IMG/VR virus record: IMGVR_UViG_3300025084_000176
Span: 1-26,922 of that record
Source: a virus
Taxonomy: Duplodnaviria; Caudoviricetes
DNA: 26,922 nucleotides
Direction: 5' to 3' (one strand)
Shown: positions 24,467-26,922 of the stretch, piece after piece
How the letters are laid out: each line of letters begins with the position of its first letter
Numbering within the stretch: the first letter of the stretch is position 1
Notes under the pieces: generated by a model
Told to the model about the DNA's origin: nothing
What the model saw: the letters and a program-made list of their open reading frames with translations, nothing else
The model's database searches: none
Made by a program: the position numbers and the translations under genes

Positions 24467-25570
24467 TTATGCAAAAAGATTTCTAACATCTCTTCGTGTT
24501 GAGAAATTGTTGTTCATACTTGTTGTACTGTATCCTCCTGCTGGAGCAGTAGGCCTAGGGGCTAGTGTTGATTTTTTATTTGAATAAGAAGTAATTGCTT
24601 TTGCTGCACTAGCTTGCTTAGCTGGTGCTGCATAGTTTCTTCCCGGAGGACCCGATGCTCCTGTGCCTGCACTTGGTATACTAGAAGTTCTTGTTACTTT
24701 CTTTTCAACTTTAGGTCTTTGGTCTTGGCTTAACAACATCGCTTGACTCTTTGCAATTTGTGCTGCATTCTCTGCCGGAGTCAAAGTAGGATACTTTAAA
24801 TTAAATGCTTGCTGTGCAGCCATGGCTTCTTGCATGTTATTGTACCTGCCCATTTCAACATTTCTTCTGGCTGCATCTAGCATTACTTGTGCATTAGGAG
24901 CTGAGTCTCTCATGCTAGGAGGAACATTGTTTTGCATTGGAGCTGTTCTGCCTGTGTAACCATAGTCTCTAACTATTTGCTCTGGAGTTCTTGGTACAGG
25001 AGCAGGAGTAAACGCACTAATGTCAGCACCCTTGTTAGGCATATTATTGGGTAATGTTACTGGGTCTAATCCTATAATTCCCGGTGTATAATCTGCTGGT
25101 GTACTTAATAAGTAAGGATTCTCTCCCGGCTTAGAGCCCCAGATGTCATATGCTGCACCTGCATTGCTAAGCCCATCACCATACACATAAGCTGGTGCAG
25201 TTGCGTAGTCATACGGAACTGGTGTTGCCGGTGTTGGTGGAGTATATGTACTCTCATACGGTGCAAATGTTTGAGGTGTCAATGAAACATTAGGCCCTGC
25301 TGGTGCAGAACTTCCTCCGCCTCCGCCCCCAAAAGAAAAACTAAGTCCTCCTGTTGGTCTGCTAGTAGGTGGCTTTAAAGTTGGAAAAGTAGGGCTAATA
25401 ATTGGTGCATTTCCTACTGGCCCTGTTGGTGGGTTGTATGTTACAGTAGTAACTGGAGCTGGGCTAGGTTTGTCAAATGAAATAGTAGGCGATGCTATAG
25501 GAGCATTTCCTATTCCAAACCCTTGAACATCATTTACACTTCCATACATTGAGCCATAATCTATTGCCAT
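24467..25570 (-). CDS. Pro/Ala/Thr-rich low-complexity virion-associated protein
   Basis: AGGAG SD; Pro-rich; duplicated GNAPI(A/I)SPT; poly-Gly linker. Confidence 0.65.
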   Translation of the reverse strand: MAIDYGSMYGSVNDVQGFGIGNAPIASPTISFDKPSPAPVTTVTYNPPTGPVGNAPIISPTFPTLKPPTSRPTGGLSFSFGGGGGGSSAPAGPNVSLTPQTFAPYESTYTPPTPATPVPYDYATAPAYVYGDGLSNAGAAYDIWGSKPGENPYLLSTPADYTPGIIGLDPVTLPNNMPNKGADISAFTPAPVPRTPEQIVRDYGYTGRTAPMQNNVPPSMRDSAPNAQVMLDAARRNVEMGRYNNMQEAMAAQQAFNLKYPTLTPAENAAQIAKSQAMLLSQDQRPKVEKKVTRTSSIPSAGTGASGPPGRNYAAPAKQASAAKAITSYSNKKSTLAPRPTAPAGGYSTTSMNNNFSTRRDVRNLFA

Positions 25571-25578
25571 ATTATCTC

Positions 25579-26376
25579 CTATTGAAAGCCAGCTATTGTA
25601 GAACCAAGCACACCAATTGTGTTAAGCATACTAGGGCCCGGTGTTCTCTCTGTTGACGAACCTGCTGCACCCATTGCTGGCTGGAATCCTGCAATACCTG
25701 ATTGGTAGTTCTGGAATTTCTGGTAAGGGATATTCATATTAAAGTTGTGAGCTGCTTGTGCATCAGCAATCAACGCTTGTTCTCTAGCTTGTTGCTGACC
25801 ACCTGATGTACCCAAAGCAGAATATGGACTAAACCCTGCACCCATCAGAGCACCCGTCTGTCCTAAAGTACCTAACTGACTACTAAGTCCTCTTCCATAT
25901 GCATCACTATAAATACCAGCTGCTGCTTGGTTAGCTGAATCTGCTGCTGCTGCAATAGCATTACCTTCTGCAATACCTTGTCTGCCACCACCGTAGCCAC
26001 CTGACATAATAGCACCACCTCTAATGTCAGCTAAGCTATCATATACACCTCCCATAGCCCTGTCTGCTGCTGATTGTGCCATGTTATTTACATATGGGTT
26101 GTTAGCTACATCAAGTCTTGACGGACTCATAGCATCTTGGTATGCACTAATAGCAGGGTTCATTATTTGAGGAGCACCCTCTACTGCAAAGTCTCTTATG
26201 CCCTGTTGTGCTGTTAATTGGTCCGGGCTAAAGTATGCCTGAGTTGGCCCACTATAATAAGTAGGGTTAAAATTGTTGTATAAATTAGACGCTTCCTTGA
26301 AGCCTTCCGTAATGTAAGGCGAGGCTTGACTCCAAGGTTCGTTTTCTTTTGTTTCTACATTGTCACCTTTTGACAT
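25579..26376 (-). CDS. Putative DNA transfer/pilot protein
   Basis: EPWSQASPYI N-terminus, GGYGGGRQGIAEG, A/G/Q-rich, C-terminal IGVLGSTIAG helix; follows the GNAT-like gene as in other podoviruses. Confidence 0.65.
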   Translation of the reverse strand: MSKGDNVETKENEPWSQASPYITEGFKEASNLYNNFNPTYYSGPTQAYFSPDQLTAQQGIRDFAVEGAPQIMNPAISAYQDAMSPSRLDVANNPYVNNMAQSAADRAMGGVYDSLADIRGGAIMSGGYGGGRQGIAEGNAIAAAADSANQAAAGIYSDAYGRGLSSQLGTLGQTGALMGAGFSPYSALGTSGGQQQAREQALIADAQAAHNFNMNIPYQKFQNYQSGIAGFQPAMGAAGSSTERTPGPSMLNTIGVLGSTIAGFQ

Positions 26377-26783
26377 TATGTTATCTCCTTAGCAAATAAT
26401 CTTGTTTGTTCTTTATAGTTAATATCCTCAAGTACCTTTCCCCATCCTTTTCTACCAAATAGTTCTACATACTCACAATCATTTTCTTTTCCAAATGCAT
26501 TTAGGAGTGCATCTGCTTCATCTCTCCATGTCATAAATTCTTTTCCACCTAATAACAGCACACATAGTATATTCTTTTGTGGGTACATACTAATCTTTGT
26601 AATAAAAGCACCCTCTACTTCTGTACCTATTTTTACCCAGAGCTGCATATTCTTTGATATACAGGACTTTTTTATGTCAGCAATACTATACTCGCCTAGA
26701 CTGTATTTCATGGCTGCATTCAAGTATTCTTCAACGAGAGGCCACCAAGCCTCAATCTCCCCCGACCTTATCCCTTCAATCAA
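26376..26783 (-). CDS. GNAT-fold (acetyltransferase-like) virion-operon protein
   Basis: TTG start with GGAG SD; QLWV...LCVLLLGG...FGKENDCEYVELFGRKGWGKVL pattern. Confidence 0.6.
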   Translation of the reverse strand: MIEGIRSGEIEAWWPLVEEYLNAAMKYSLGEYSIADIKKSCISKNMQLWVKIGTEVEGAFITKISMYPQKNILCVLLLGGKEFMTWRDEADALLNAFGKENDCEYVELFGRKGWGKVLEDINYKEQTRLFAKEIT

Positions 26784-26922
26784 AGTTTACTCCATGCTCC
26801 TGTACTCAAGTATAAATACAACCCCTCACCACTACCCGGATTCCAGTTAGTACCATCTGCGTACCTAACATCTCCAGCTCTTGGCTTTGATGGAACTGCA
26901 TTAGATTCATCATAATGTCCAT
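26780..26922 (-). CDS. C-terminus of a conserved podovirus tail-region protein (partial)
   Basis: ...GHYDESNAVPSKPRAGDVRYADGTNWNPGSGEGLYLYLSTGAWSKL*; stop overlaps the TTG start of the next gene; runs off the window end. Confidence 0.7.
   Translation of the reverse strand, partial: GHYDESNAVPSKPRAGDVRYADGTNWNPGSGEGLYLYLSTGAWSKL

Noticed and set aside
1-26783. Idea that all late genes lack SD sequences and so escape the anti-RBS loop
   Set aside because: Several late genes (starts at 1181, 18283, 25570, 26376, 26783) have clear AGGAG/GGAG sites; only some lack them.

Overview
About 27 kb of a lytic, podovirus-like dsDNA phage genome with two oppositely oriented arms. Left end (- strand): terminase small and large subunits and the 5' part of a P22-like portal. 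A non-coding region (3075-3637) carries divergent sigma70-type promoters, a nested inverted repeat and a GGATGG array, and is the likely physical genome end. The + arm (3638-16814) holds about 16 small early genes, including a HhH-GPD DNA glycosylase-like protein and several Zn-finger microproteins. A structured intergenic region (8017-8215) follows, then a T7-like replication module without an RNA polymerase: SSB, primase-helicase, family A polymerase (Tyr762 type), DUF3310, Cas4-like exonuclease, class II (B12) ribonucleotide reductase, a small lipoprotein, a RusA-like resolvase and a PD-(D/E)XK protein. The right part (- strand) is the end of the virion operon: GNAT-like protein, putative ejection proteins, a lytic transglycosylase-like protein and a final protein with an ADP-ribosyltransferase-like domain. 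The layout resembles marine SIO1/Zobellviridae-like podoviruses (inference). The most unusual signals are non-coding: (i) a G.U-containing hairpin whose loop is complementary to the RBS/start regions of early genes (candidate phage antisense sRNA); (ii) the same 14-bp palindrome inside long inverted repeats just downstream of both the replication and packaging promoters; (iii) repeated early-region cassette elements; (iv) no GATC found in a manual scan. All family calls come from motif recognition by eye, not database searches.
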